A DNA stretch of 64,000 bases, taken from contig CP051526.1 in NCBI GenBank assembly GCA_050916045.1, positions 3,808,001-3,872,000 of the forward strand, given 5' to 3'. The DNA is from Tepidisphaera sp. (GTDB lineage Bacteria; Planctomycetota; Phycisphaerae; Phycisphaerales; UBA1924). Positions 28,141 through 38,424 of this stretch are shown here, piece by piece. The notes beneath the pieces were generated by a model. That model did not search any database, was not told the origin of the DNA, and was given only the letters and a program-made list of their open reading frames with translations. Positions within the stretch are counted from its first letter, which is position 1. Every line of letters begins with the position of its first letter. Position numbers and translations under genes: made by a program.

Positions 28141-30609
28141 ATGCTGGGAAATCGATACGGCGAGTTTGACGGGTCGGGCAAGGTGTTCCGGATCACTGAC
28201 GCGAACACCCCGATGCCGTGGGTCAATGTCATCTGCAACGGTCGCTTCGGCGTGACCATCAGCCAGAACGGCGGCGGGTTTTCGTTCTACGACGATGCTC
28301 AGCACAACGTGCTGACGCGCTGGGACATGGACCTGGTCCGCGACTGTTCGGGCAAGTTCCTCTACGCCTACGACGCCGAGGAAGGCACCCTCTGGTCCCT
28401 GGCTCCGGCGCCCTGCCGCGCCGAGTACTCCCACTACGAGTGCTCCCACACGATGGGCTCCACCGAGTTCATCACCGAGCACGCGGGTATCCGGTCCTCC
28501 TGGACCATCACCGTCGCCCCCGAGGACGCGGTTGAGCTCTGGCTCGTCAAGCTCACCAACCGTTCGGACCGCCCGCGGCGGATCCGCATTTCGTCGTACC
28601 TCGAGTGGTGCTGCGGCGTCGCTCCGGACATCAAGCGCGAGTTCCACAAGCTCTTCTTCACGACCAAGCACGATGCGTCTCGCAACGCCGCGGTCGCGAC
28701 CAAGAACATGTGGGACATCCCCAACAAGTCCGAGAAGGACCACTGGAACCGCGCCTGGCCCTACGTCGCCGCGCACGCCTTCGCCGGCGTCACCCTCGAG
28801 AACACGCACGCCATCGGCGACAAAGCCGCATTCCTGGGCCGTTACGGCTCGACCGAGTCTCCCGCCGCGATGACGCGTCCCGCGGACAAGGGCACGGTGA
28901 CCGGCTTTGGCAGGTTCGCCGACCCCGTCGCCGCTCTCGGCGGCGAGATCACGATCCCCGCTCGCGGAACCGTCTCCCTCCACTACATCCTCGCGATTGC
29001 GCCCACCGAAGCCGAAACACTGAACCTCATCGACAAGTACCGCGAACCCGCCGCCGCCGCAGACGCACTGAAAGCCGCGGGCGGGATGTGGAACAAGCTT
29101 CTGGGTCACACCAGCGTCTCGACCGAGCGCGAGGACTTTGACCTTCTCAACAACCACTGGCTGCCGTACCAGGCGATCAGCGGCCGCATGTGGGGCCGCA
29201 CCGGGTACTACCAGCAGTCCGGCGCTCGCGGCTTCCGCGATCAGCTTCAGGACAGCCAGGTCTGGCTCCCCATCGAACCGCGCCGCACCGCCGACCAGAT
29301 CATGCTCCACGCGACGCGGCAGTTCGCGGACGGAAGCGTGAACCACTGGTGGCACGCGCTCGCCGATTTCGGCAATCACACCGCGTGCAGCGACGACTAC
29401 CTCTGGCTCCCGTTCCTCGTGTCTCAGTACATCAAGGAAACCGGAGACGTCGGCATCCTCTCTCGGACCGCTCCGTTCATGGACGATCCGAAGGTCTCCA
29501 CGATCCTCGATCACTGTCAGCGGGCGATCGCCCGAAGCTTCGATCGCACCAGCGACCGCGGCTTGCCGCTCATCGGAAGCTGCGACTGGAACGACGGCTT
29601 GTCTGCGCTCGGCCTTGAAGGCAAGGGTGAAAGCGTGTGGCTCGGCCTTTTCCTCTGCCAGATCCTCGCGGATTGGGAGATCATCCTGTCGCGCGCGGGC
29701 CAGCAGGACCTGAGCGCCACCTACGCCAAGCACCGCGTGGCGTACGCCAACGCGATCAACACGCAAGCTTGGGACGGCGCGTGGTACCGCTGCGCGACCA
29801 AGGACAGCGGCGAGTGGCTCGGCGCAGACGCGTCCCGCGAGGGCAAGATCCACCTCAACCCGCAGACATGGGCCATCCTGACCGGCGTCGCCCCCGCGGA
29901 TCGCGCGGCTTTGGCGTGGAACGCGGTCAAGGACAAGCTTGTCACGCCGTATGGCCCCCTTCTGCTTTCGCCGGCGTACACGATCCCCGATCCGGATATC
30001 GGTTACATCACGCGGTATTCGCCGGGAAGCCGCGAGAACGGCGGCGTGTACATGCACGCGGCGACGTGGGCGCTCGCCGCGGCTTGCAAGATGAAAGACG
30101 TGGCGGCGGCTGGCAAGATCTGGAACAGCATCTCTCCCGCACTCCGCGGCAAAGACGCGGACGGGTACGCGGCCGAGCCCTACGTGACGCCCGGCAACGT
30201 CGACGGCCCGCTTTCCGAAACGCCGGGCCGTGCGGGTTGGACCTGGTACACCGGTTCGGCGGCGTGGCTGAATCGCGTGAGCCTGGAGTGGATCCTTGGC
30301 ATCCGCCCGGTGTGGACCGCCGAGAGCGAAGGGCTTTCGATCGATCCGTGCCCGCCGGCGGATCTGGGCAAGGTCTCGGTTCGAAGAGTCTGGAGAGGCA
30401 AAGCCATCCGCGTCAGCTTTGACGCGAAGGACTTTGCAAATGGAGGTCCGGCGAAGCTCGTTGTGGACGGCAAGCCGATCGTGGGGTGCGTTCTGCCTGC
30501 GGCGATGGTGTCGCAGGCGGGTGCTGAGGTTCAGGTCGAGGTGAAATGGGGCGCACTCGCGCCGAGCTTCACCGAGACCAAAATGACACAGCCCGGGAGG
30601 GTTGGCTGA
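28141..30609 (+). CDS. GH94 family glycoside phosphorylase
   Basis: TPMPWVNVI, GARGFRDQLQD, DWNDGL, GESVW, RENGGVYMHAATW, WYTGSAAW. Confidence 0.92.
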   Translation: MLGNRYGEFDGSGKVFRITDANTPMPWVNVICNGRFGVTISQNGGGFSFYDDAQHNVLTRWDMDLVRDCSGKFLYAYDAEEGTLWSLAPAPCRAEYSHYECSHTMGSTEFITEHAGIRSSWTITVAPEDAVELWLVKLTNRSDRPRRIRISSYLEWCCGVAPDIKREFHKLFFTTKHDASRNAAVATKNMWDIPNKSEKDHWNRAWPYVAAHAFAGVTLENTHAIGDKAAFLGRYGSTESPAAMTRPADKGTVTGFGRFADPVAALGGEITIPARGTVSLHYILAIAPTEAETLNLIDKYREPAAAADALKAAGGMWNKLLGHTSVSTEREDFDLLNNHWLPYQAISGRMWGRTGYYQQSGARGFRDQLQDSQVWLPIEPRRTADQIMLHATRQFADGSVNHWWHALADFGNHTACSDDYLWLPFLVSQYIKETGDVGILSRTAPFMDDPKVSTILDHCQRAIARSFDRTSDRGLPLIGSCDWNDGLSALGLEGKGESVWLGLFLCQILADWEIILSRAGQQDLSATYAKHRVAYANAINTQAWDGAWYRCATKDSGEWLGADASREGKIHLNPQTWAILTGVAPADRAALAWNAVKDKLVTPYGPLLLSPAYTIPDPDIGYITRYSPGSRENGGVYMHAATWALAAACKMKDVAAAGKIWNSISPALRGKDADGYAAEPYVTPGNVDGPLSETPGRAGWTWYTGSAAWLNRVSLEWILGIRPVWTAESEGLSIDPCPPADLGKVSVRRVWRGKAIRVSFDAKDFANGGPAKLVVDGKPIVGCVLPAAMVSQAGAEVQVEVKWGALAPSFTETKMTQPGRVG

Positions 30610-31401
30610 ATGAAATCCAGAATTCACAAGAGTGGCCGTGCCTTCACGCTGATCGAGTTATTGGTCGTGATCGCGATCATCGCGACGCTGATCAGCCTGC
30701 TTCTTCCCTCGCTCGGCAACGCTCGCAAAGCGGCTCGCAACGTCATCTGCCAAAGCAACCTGAGGCAGTTCGGGATCGCGATCCAGAACTACCTCGACGA
30801 TCAGAAGGATCCGGTCTTCATGGACCTGATGATCGCGCCGCCTCCGATCCCCGAGGCGCAGCGGCCCCCGTACGGCTCGATCTTCTGGCAGGTCAGCGCC
30901 GTCTTCTACCTGCGTCCGTACCTCGGCGGCACCGAGAGCAACAAGCCCTTCACCTGCCCCTCGGCCGAAGGTGACACCAGCGTCCGCACCCAGGAAATGG
31001 CCGCGTACCTGGGTCGTCGCGTCTTCTCGCTTCCATTCCCCGAGGTCGTCGTGAACGGTGCGGAAGCCACGACCTTCAGCGAGTACTGGTTCAACGACTC
31101 GATCGCCACGCAGACCTCGGGTGTCTCCGGCCGCCGCGTCCGCGTCGTCAAGCACCCCGAGCAGGTCGTCTGGGCGACCGACGCCCTCGATGAGTTCCCG
31201 CGCCACTCCACGAAGCGTCAACAGGGCAACGCCCTCAACATCGACGGCGCCTTCTTCGACAACCTCGCGAACAACTTTCTGTTCGGCGACCAAAGCGTGA
31301 AGATTCTGCGTCGCTTTGAGTACCGCCCGCAGGAAGCACGCGATCGGTACGGCGCTCCGGGCCCGTTCTACAACTGGGGCCACTTCTACCCCGGGCAGTA
31401 A
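30610..31401 (+). CDS. Prepilin-type N-terminal cleavage/methylation protein (planctomycete DUF1559-like)
   Basis: [44 protein letters not shown]. Confidence 0.9.
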   Translation: MKSRIHKSGRAFTLIELLVVIAIIATLISLLLPSLGNARKAARNVICQSNLRQFGIAIQNYLDDQKDPVFMDLMIAPPPIPEAQRPPYGSIFWQVSAVFYLRPYLGGTESNKPFTCPSAEGDTSVRTQEMAAYLGRRVFSLPFPEVVVNGAEATTFSEYWFNDSIATQTSGVSGRRVRVVKHPEQVVWATDALDEFPRHSTKRQQGNALNIDGAFFDNLANNFLFGDQSVKILRRFEYRPQEARDRYGAPGPFYNWGHFYPGQ

Positions 31402-31446
31402 GGCGCGAAAGTCGGCGAGTCTTTCCCTTCAGATCAGGAGCATGCT

Positions 31447-31833
31447 TTGAATCTCCGTGAATCCCTCAACAAGAACCCGATGGTCGGGTGGGCCGTTGCC
31501 GGAGTGCTGCTGGTGGGCTCGGCCGCGTACTGGCTGACGGGCGGTTCGAGCGAAGGCCCGGTGCTGACAGACAAAGTGACCGTGCTCTTCACCGACACGG
31601 GCGAAGAGATCGAGATGCGCCGCGGCGAGCTTGAGATGCGACTGCTCGAGCGGGCCGGTCCCGTCGACCCCGCCCAGGGGATCATCAATCCCAAGACCCA
31701 GAAGCCGTCGGGCGTCATCCTGAACAAGGAGGACTGGGCGAAAACGGTCGAACGCCTCAACGCGATGAAGAAAGCCGCGGCGGCCCAGTCGGGCGCCGGG
31801 GGCAACGGGAATGCGGCTTCCACGAAGAAATGA
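31447..31833 (+). CDS. Small single-TM hypothetical protein
   Basis: AGGAG RBS 6 nt before TTG; N-terminal TM helix. Confidence 0.75.
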   Translation: MNLRESLNKNPMVGWAVAGVLLVGSAAYWLTGGSSEGPVLTDKVTVLFTDTGEEIEMRRGELEMRLLERAGPVDPAQGIINPKTQKPSGVILNKEDWAKTVERLNAMKKAAAAQSGAGGNGNAASTKK

Positions 31834-31869
31834 TGGTCCGCGAACATTCGGTTTGGACGCAAGATTGTC

Positions 31870-31909
31870 TTGACACGGCCTCGAAAATCCCCACAATGAA
31901 AGCGCTTTC
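31870..31909 (+). promoter_or_regulatory. Sigma70-type promoter with LacI-type operator 3
   Basis: TTGACA(31870)-16 nt-CACAAT(31892); tgaaagcgctttc 31897-31909; same geometry as the 27062 site. Confidence 0.82.
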
Positions 31910-31976
31910 GGCTTCTATGTGCGAAGCCGGGGACCAAGCGCCGAAAGCAAGTCCCAGAGCAAATGGAGGTAGTCCC

Positions 31977-32906
31977 ATGATGAAGCAGATCGGTGCCCTT
32001 TCCGCGTTCGCGCTCGCCGCGGCCGCCATGGCTCAAACGCCACTGCCCCTGACCAACGGAAACTTCGAGAACGGAAGCCGCATCAGCCCGCAGGAGCCCG
32101 AAGGCTGGCACAACCTGTCGAGCCCGACGTTCGCGATCCACCGCAACATCGGCGACGGCCGCGGGTTCATGCCCACGCCGCGCTCGGGCAACCGCTGCGT
32201 CGAGATCCGCACGCCCGGCTTCTCCGAGTTCCGCGGGTTCACGACCGACACGCTCAACTTCTTCCAGCCCGGGTTCCCGTTCTATGACCCGCTCTGGGAA
32301 TGGGAAGGCCAGAACTCGGGCGACCTCGTCCTCACCGGCTGGTACTACATCCCGACCGACAACCCGATCACCGGCGATCAGGTGGGCATCAAGCTCAACG
32401 TGAAGCGCGGCAACCAGGACTTCGCCACGCTCGACCCCTGGGGCGGCGAAGCAGCGACGATCTCCGGCGATACCAACAACGAGTGGCGCCAGTTCGAGGT
32501 GCGTTGGAGCCTCGCGGACATCCAGGAAGAGGTGATCTTCAACGACACCTTCGGCTGCGGCGGCGGCGGCGCTCCGTGCGGCGGCTGCTTTAGCCCCTGC
32601 CTCGGGCCGGGTGCTTACCCCAACCACATGAAGATCACGATCGGCCGGTTCGGCTTTGGCAGCCTTCCGAGCTCGGGCACGATCTTCTGGGATGACATCG
32701 TGTACACGATCGTTCCAGCGACCCCGAGCTGCCCGGCCGACTTCAACGGCGACGGGTTCCTGGACTTCTTCGACTACGACGATTACGTCAACTGCTTCGA
32801 AACCGGCACGTGCCCCCCGGGCCGCACGGCGGACTTCAACGGCGACGAGTTTGTGGATTTCTTCGATTACGATGAGTTCGTCGAGGGCTTTGAGACCGGC
32901 TGCTGA
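31977..32906 (+). CDS. Secreted CBM-like protein with GC-type dockerin-like tail
   Basis: GGAGGT RBS; signal peptide; LTNGNFE...FWDDI jelly-roll signature; CPADFNGDG tail. Confidence 0.78.
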   Translation: MMKQIGALSAFALAAAAMAQTPLPLTNGNFENGSRISPQEPEGWHNLSSPTFAIHRNIGDGRGFMPTPRSGNRCVEIRTPGFSEFRGFTTDTLNFFQPGFPFYDPLWEWEGQNSGDLVLTGWYYIPTDNPITGDQVGIKLNVKRGNQDFATLDPWGGEAATISGDTNNEWRQFEVRWSLADIQEEVIFNDTFGCGGGGAPCGGCFSPCLGPGAYPNHMKITIGRFGFGSLPSSGTIFWDDIVYTIVPATPSCPADFNGDGFLDFFDYDDYVNCFETGTCPPGRTADFNGDEFVDFFDYDEFVEGFETGC

Positions 32907-32982
32907 GCATCCGGCGGGCCTTGGTCCGCGAATCTGAATCAAGCTCACCCCGTGGGGCGTCGCGCGAGCGGCGCCCCACGCT

Positions 32983-35349
32983 TTGCATACGGAAAACCGC
33001 CATTTCTCGCGAATCTCAAGGTCCGTTTCGGCGCTGGGCGTCGTGGCGTCGTCATCGGTCGCTCTCGCTGGACCGCAGGTTGCGCCGTGGACGGTGACCG
33101 GCCCGGACGACACAGCGGGCGTCGCGGCTTCCAGCCTTTCCGGGTGGCATGCGTTCGCCGACAGCTTTGAGGACACGGTGGAGGTCCGACTCGCCGACGG
33201 TTCACTGGTCGCGACGATCTCGCGGTCCCAGATCGCTTCGCTGGTGCCGTGGATGAGTCTCGACGGTTCGACGGACGGGGTGGGCGCGGTCGCGTTCTCG
33301 GATTCGGGCCGGCTTCTCTTCATCGCGGTGCACGATTCGGTCTCGGCGCCGGACGGACAGCCGGGAGACGCGGTGCTGCGATACGACACCTCGACCGGAG
33401 CGCTCACGCTTTTCGCGCGGGTCGAATTCGGGACCGACGCGACGTGGCCGCACGAAGCACTGGCCCACGCCGCGGGTCGGCTCTACGTCGGGGCTTCGGG
33501 GAGCCTGCGCATCTACCGGGCTCAAGCCAACGACACCTCCGGCACGCTTCTCTCCTCCGTGACGGTCGCGGGCGGCGAGACGGTCACGGGGATCGCGACC
33601 GATCGCGTCGCGAACCACATCTACTGGACGGCGGGCTCGACGCTTTATCGTGCGACGCAAGCGAACACGCTCGCTCCATCCGTGGTGGGCACGCTTCCCG
33701 CGCCCGCGGTCGGGATCGCGTTCACGGATCACCTCGCGGGCACCAACGATGCGGCGCTCTACGTGCTCGATACCAACATCGCTCAGCCGCTGTACCGCGT
33801 CTGGAAGGTCCCCGCGTCGCAAGCCCGAAGCCAGCAGACGTTCGCGCCGACGCTCTACCTCGCCGGAGCCACGGTTGCCCACGATCTGGCCGCGACCGCG
33901 GACGGCAAGCTCCTGCTCGCGACCGACGAGGATGCGATCCAGGTTCGCGACACCGACGACACGCGCCTGAGCTTCCAAGCTTGGGCTTCCGACGAGTTCG
34001 CGCAGGTGGTCCGCTTCGGCCGCTCGCTGATCACGACGGGCCCGGGAGGGGGCGGCGGCCCGGCGGGATGGGTGATCGACGCGGACGTCGCGCAGGGCGG
34101 CACACGCTTTCACCCCGCATCCCCCGACGGAGCGGCGTGGACCGTCCTGCTGCTCATGATGAACGACCACCTGACCGGCGACCCGACGGCCCAGGCGCAG
34201 GTCCGCAACGTTCTCCGCCGCTACGCCGGGCGAGCCAGCGACGGCATCGTTCCTCTTCGGTCCGCCGATGGCATCTACTGGCACTGGATCGACCCCGCGA
34301 CTGGCGGCGCCAAAGCCGGCTGGGGCGACGGCTTTGCGACCATGAGCACGATGAAGATCGTCCTCGCCGCCGCTCGCGCCAAAGCCTTCTACGCCGATGA
34401 CGCGGACATCGCCGCGTCCGCTGAAGCGATCATCTGCGGAATCTCCCGCTGGGATGACTATTTCAACGGCTCGGGCCAGATGTACCTGCTCGGACAGCCG
34501 AGCGGCGGTCCGCTCACAAGCTCCGCATCCTCCGGCTTTCACGAGGGAATCCTCTTCTCCGATCAGCTCGGGACCTACGGGGGCGACTTCGGTCAAGCGA
34601 TCTCAAACCTCTGGATGTTCCGGTCCTTCTGGCCGACCGCAACGTACATCAGCGGCAAGCCGGTCACGGGGCAAGCTTCCAACCAGTTCCTTCCCGCGTT
34701 CATCACGATCTACCCGTGGCTTCTGATCGACTCCTTCCGAACCGATCCGTCCTGGCGGACGAACTTCGGCAACCTCCGCGAATCGCACGCGGCCTGGACG
34801 GACGATCGCGGCCCGCGCTGGTCCACCGTCTTCTCCGCAGGGACGACCGCTCCGGCATGGGGCGGGTACCACGCCGACAGCCTCAGCGACCACCCGGGCG
34901 ACGTCTCGACGTTCCCGGCGCTCCTTTCGCTGGTCAGCGGTGAGCACGCCGCTCCGCGTCTTCCCGAGGCGTATGCGGCGTACCACGCGTACCGCGTCGG
35001 GGCCCGCCAGACCTTCGCGGGCGGTGCTTCGCTGCTCTACCGCCGCTCAAGCGTCACGCCGTCCTACTCGCCCGACTCCGCGGGCCTGCCCGATGTCGCG
35101 ATGGGCGCGCTCGGCCTCGCTGAGCTTCTCTCGCCCGGATCGGTCCGCGCGGTGCTCACGGGCGCGTACCCGTCATGCTCGTCGTGTCCGGCGGATTACA
35201 ACGGCGACGGATTCCTGGACTTCTTCGACTACGACGAGTTCGTCCTCGGCTTCGAGACCGGCGACCTTCGAGCCGACTACAACGGCGACGGGTTCCTGGA
35301 CTTCTTCGATTACGACGACTTCGTTCTCGCGTTCGAGACCGGCTGCTGA
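32983..35349 (+). CDS. Secreted protein: beta-propeller-like domain, divergent (alpha/alpha)6 glycosidase-like domain and dockerin-like tail (start uncertain)
   Basis: 788-aa ORF; DGIYWHWID...FATMSTMKIVLA resembles the GH144 motif; CPADYNGDG tail. Confidence 0.7.
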   Translation: MHTENRHFSRISRSVSALGVVASSSVALAGPQVAPWTVTGPDDTAGVAASSLSGWHAFADSFEDTVEVRLADGSLVATISRSQIASLVPWMSLDGSTDGVGAVAFSDSGRLLFIAVHDSVSAPDGQPGDAVLRYDTSTGALTLFARVEFGTDATWPHEALAHAAGRLYVGASGSLRIYRAQANDTSGTLLSSVTVAGGETVTGIATDRVANHIYWTAGSTLYRATQANTLAPSVVGTLPAPAVGIAFTDHLAGTNDAALYVLDTNIAQPLYRVWKVPASQARSQQTFAPTLYLAGATVAHDLAATADGKLLLATDEDAIQVRDTDDTRLSFQAWASDEFAQVVRFGRSLITTGPGGGGGPAGWVIDADVAQGGTRFHPASPDGAAWTVLLLMMNDHLTGDPTAQAQVRNVLRRYAGRASDGIVPLRSADGIYWHWIDPATGGAKAGWGDGFATMSTMKIVLAAARAKAFYADDADIAASAEAIICGISRWDDYFNGSGQMYLLGQPSGGPLTSSASSGFHEGILFSDQLGTYGGDFGQAISNLWMFRSFWPTATYISGKPVTGQASNQFLPAFITIYPWLLIDSFRTDPSWRTNFGNLRESHAAWTDDRGPRWSTVFSAGTTAPAWGGYHADSLSDHPGDVSTFPALLSLVSGEHAAPRLPEAYAAYHAYRVGARQTFAGGASLLYRRSSVTPSYSPDSAGLPDVAMGALGLAELLSPGSVRAVLTGAYPSCSSCPADYNGDGFLDFFDYDEFVLGFETGDLRADYNGDGFLDFFDYDDFVLAFETGC

Positions 35350-35577
35350 CCGTTCTCGCCGTTCACACCGCTTGAAAAGAAAGAACGCCGATCCGCGCTG
35401 GCGGACCGGCGTCCCTACACCACTCTCGCCTCGCACTGTCCCGCGAGTCGGAGATCGATTTCATCCTCCGCCTGCGTCCGACGACGGAGGAGGAAAGTTC
35501 CGACCGTTCACCGATGAGGAGCGGCGGAGCGTGCGTGCTTCGCTCCGCCGCCGCGGCGAACGACCGGGGAAACCAGC

Positions 35578-36855
35578 TCAGCAACCGGCTTCGTACCCGG
35601 CCACAAAGTCGCTGTAGTCGAAGAAGTCGATGAACCCGTCCGCGTTGAAGTCCGCGGAAGCCGCGCCCGTCTCGAACGCGAGAACGAAGTCGCTGTAGTC
35701 GAAGAAGTCCAGGAACCCATCGCCGTTGAAGTCGACCGGGCAGGGCCCGGTCGTCGTGTTCATGAACACGGAGACGGTGCTCGGCGTGCGGTTCGCCACC
35801 GCGAGGTCGAGCTGGCCGTCACCGTTGAAGTCGGCCGCGGACAGCCCGTCCGGATCAGCCCCGGCCGCGAGCAGAGCGCCCGAAGCGAAGACGCCCGCGC
35901 CGTTGTTCGTCATGATGGTGACGTTGGCCGAATCCTGGTTCGCCGTCGCGGCGTCCAGATCGCCGTCAAGGTCAAAGTCGCGGATGATCAGGTCGCCCGA
36001 ATTGCTCCCGCCCGTCGGGTAGTGCACCGGAGCCGAGAAAAGACCGCCGCCGAGGTTCATGACAACCGAGAGACGGCCCGCGCCGTTGTTGTCCTGCGTC
36101 ACGGCAAAGTCCACGCGGCCGTCCCCGTTGAGATCGCCCGTGTCGACGCCGTCAGGCCGCATCGCCGCGCCCGTGTTCACCGTCGTCCACGCGGACATCA
36201 AGCCCGCGCCGTTGTTGCGGAGGATCGAAGCCGTGCGATCGCGGTGGTTCGTCACCACAAGGTCCATCGCGCCGTTCCCGTCCACGTCGATCGGCGCGAT
36301 CGCGCGGGGCTCTTCACCCACGGCGTACTGCGCCGTCGTCCAGCCCGCCGCACCGTTGATCGCGACCGTGATGTCGTTGGACTCGCGGTTTGCGGCGACG
36401 AGATCAATCCGGCCATCCCCATTCATGTCGGCCGAACGAATCGACCGCGGCTCGACGCCGGCGGGAATCGTGACGCCCAGGACGAACCCGGCGGGAGTCT
36501 TGGTCAGGATCTGGATGCGACCGACGTTGTGCTCGGCGATCGCGAGATCGGCCGCGCCGTCGCCGTTGAAGTCCGCCGCGACGATGTCGCCCGCGCCCAC
36601 ACCGGCGCCCAGCAGGATCGAGCCCGCCGCCGTGAACGTGCCGCCGTCGTTGCGGAGGAGAAGCAGACGATCAGGGCCGTCGACCGTCACCACCAGATCG
36701 AGCACGCCGTCGCCGCTGAAGTCGATCGCCGCCGTCGCCGAAGGGTTCGTCGCCGCGGGAATGTTGATCGCCGCGCTGAAGCCGAACTGGGCCTGAGCGG
36801 AAACCGCAAGCCCGGCCGTCGCCAAGAGACCGAGAGTCATCACGTTCTTATTCAT
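35578..36855 (-). CDS. Secreted FG-GAP/VCBS repeat protein with dockerin-like tail
   Basis: Seven D-x-(N/D/S/L)-G-D-G-x-x-D-type repeats; AAGGAG RBS; CPVDFNGDG tail. Confidence 0.9.
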   Translation of the reverse strand: MNKNVMTLGLLATAGLAVSAQAQFGFSAAINIPAATNPSATAAIDFSGDGVLDLVVTVDGPDRLLLLRNDGGTFTAAGSILLGAGVGAGDIVAADFNGDGAADLAIAEHNVGRIQILTKTPAGFVLGVTIPAGVEPRSIRSADMNGDGRIDLVAANRESNDITVAINGAAGWTTAQYAVGEEPRAIAPIDVDGNGAMDLVVTNHRDRTASILRNNGAGLMSAWTTVNTGAAMRPDGVDTGDLNGDGRVDFAVTQDNNGAGRLSVVMNLGGGLFSAPVHYPTGGSNSGDLIIRDFDLDGDLDAATANQDSANVTIMTNNGAGVFASGALLAAGADPDGLSAADFNGDGQLDLAVANRTPSTVSVFMNTTTGPCPVDFNGDGFLDFFDYSDFVLAFETGAASADFNADGFIDFFDYSDFVAGYEAGC

Positions 36856-36902
36856 AAGCCAACTCCTTGTGTGTGTTCGCCGAAGCCACGTCCGGCGATT
36901 GG

Positions 36903-36929
36903 AAGAGCGGGTCGCACGCGCCGTGATAC
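36903..36929 (-). promoter_or_regulatory. Putative ECF promoter GTA-N16-CCGCTCTT upstream of the FG-GAP gene
   Basis: Same motif and spacing as at 41902-41928. Confidence 0.55.
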
Positions 36930-37041
36930 CACTCCTTCAGAATTTCTCGCGGGCCCGCTTCGCGAAGCCGGATGAACTCTCGCAGCGCATGAAAACGCCG
37001 CGCGAACTCGCGCGGCGATGAGGGTTTACGCTTGCCTGATC

Positions 37042-38424
37042 TCAGCAACCGGACTCGAACGCGGCGAGATACGCGTCGTAGTCGAAGAAATCGATAAAGC
37101 CGTCGCGGTTGCTGTCGGCAGCGCTCGCGCCGGTCTCGAAAGCTTCCACATACGCGGTGTAGTCGAAGAAATCGACGAACTCGTCCGCGTTCATGTCCGC
37201 GGCGCACACCGCCGCGCCCGCGTCGATCACCGGCGCAAGCCCGTCCTCGCGGTGTCCGCAGCCCATCCCGTACGGCACGCCGACATCCACGATCCGCGAA
37301 GCGGCGCAGAGCCGAGCCTGCATCCAGAGCACATCGCGCGGCCCGTACTTGGCCCGCACCATCGACGCCACACCGGACATCATCGCCGCGGCAAAGCTCG
37401 TCCCCGAACCTTCGGCGTACCCGAAAGCTGCGCCGTCGTACCACATGCTCCGGATGTTCACCGCCGGCGCGGAGATGTCCAGCGACCGACCCCAATCCGA
37501 GAAGCTCGCGCGACGCCACAGGCCGCTCACGCGTTCGAGCCCACCCACGCCGATGACCTGGTCGAACTCCGCCGGATAGACGCGGGCGTTGCGCGTGTCG
37601 CTCCCGCTGTTGCTCACCGCCGAGATGCAGGTGACCCCCGCCGCGTCCGCATCCTCGAGCGCCCGCTCGACCGCGTTGCTCGCGACCAGCGTGGCAAAGC
37701 TCATGTTGATCACGCCCGCGCCCGACTCGATCGCGTGGTAGATCCCGCTCGCCACGGCGAAGGCGTTGCCGACCCCGTCGCAGCCGAGCACCGTGACTGG
37801 CAGCACGCGAGCGTCCGGATCCACGAGCGTGATCACGCCCGCGGTGTGTGTGCCGTGCCCGACCAGGCCCGATCCCGGACCGCACGCGGACTCGTCCGCT
37901 TGCGTGGTATCGGCAATGAAGTTGTACCCGCCCGGGGCAAGGCGCGAAACAAGGTCGGGGTGAGGCGCGACGCCCGTGTCGAGAACCGCGACCAGCGTTC
38001 CACGCGGCGCCGTCAGCGGCGGAGGAGGCGTCAGCGCGTTGATGTCCGCGAGCGCCTGTTGCGTCCGATAGTTGCCGGCCGTCGTGCGAAGGAACAAGCT
38101 CTGCGTGGTGCCCTCCTCGGCACTCGCGACCGTCTTGTTCTGCTCGGCGACGCGGAGCCGGTCGACGTCGGCCGCGAGCTCAAGCTCGTACTGCGCCTCC
38201 TGCCCGGCCGGCACCGCTACCAAATGGATGCGCGCCGGCGAGTACCGGCGGAGGTCGGTCAGCGAAAGCGTCGGGTGCGCGGCTCGAACATCGTCGAGCG
38301 TCACGCCCGGCTGCGTGATCAGCACCAGCTGCCCGGGGATGGGCGTGCCGTTATCGTGACCACAAGCCGCGCCGGCAAGGGCCGCGATCGCGAGGAAACA
38401 CAGCGATTGAGATCCGTTTACCAT
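37042..38424 (-). CDS. Secreted S8 (subtilisin-like) serine peptidase with dockerin-like tail
   Basis: VAVLDTG, GHGTHTAG, GSGTSFAA triad; signal peptide; start overlaps the CHAT gene stop. Confidence 0.92.
   Translation of the reverse strand: MVNGSQSLCFLAIAALAGAACGHDNGTPIPGQLVLITQPGVTLDDVRAAHPTLSLTDLRRYSPARIHLVAVPAGQEAQYELELAADVDRLRVAEQNKTVASAEEGTTQSLFLRTTAGNYRTQQALADINALTPPPPLTAPRGTLVAVLDTGVAPHPDLVSRLAPGGYNFIADTTQADESACGPGSGLVGHGTHTAGVITLVDPDARVLPVTVLGCDGVGNAFAVASGIYHAIESGAGVINMSFATLVASNAVERALEDADAAGVTCISAVSNSGSDTRNARVYPAEFDQVIGVGGLERVSGLWRRASFSDWGRSLDISAPAVNIRSMWYDGAAFGYAEGSGTSFAAAMMSGVASMVRAKYGPRDVLWMQARLCAASRIVDVGVPYGMGCGHREDGLAPVIDAGAAVCAADMNADEFVDFFDYTAYVEAFETGASAADSNRDGFIDFFDYDAYLAAFESGC

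Noticed and set aside
35385..35555. Hairpin cluster between convergent genes as an ncRNA
   Set aside because: GC-rich stems are consistent with terminators, and no known RNA family is recognisable.
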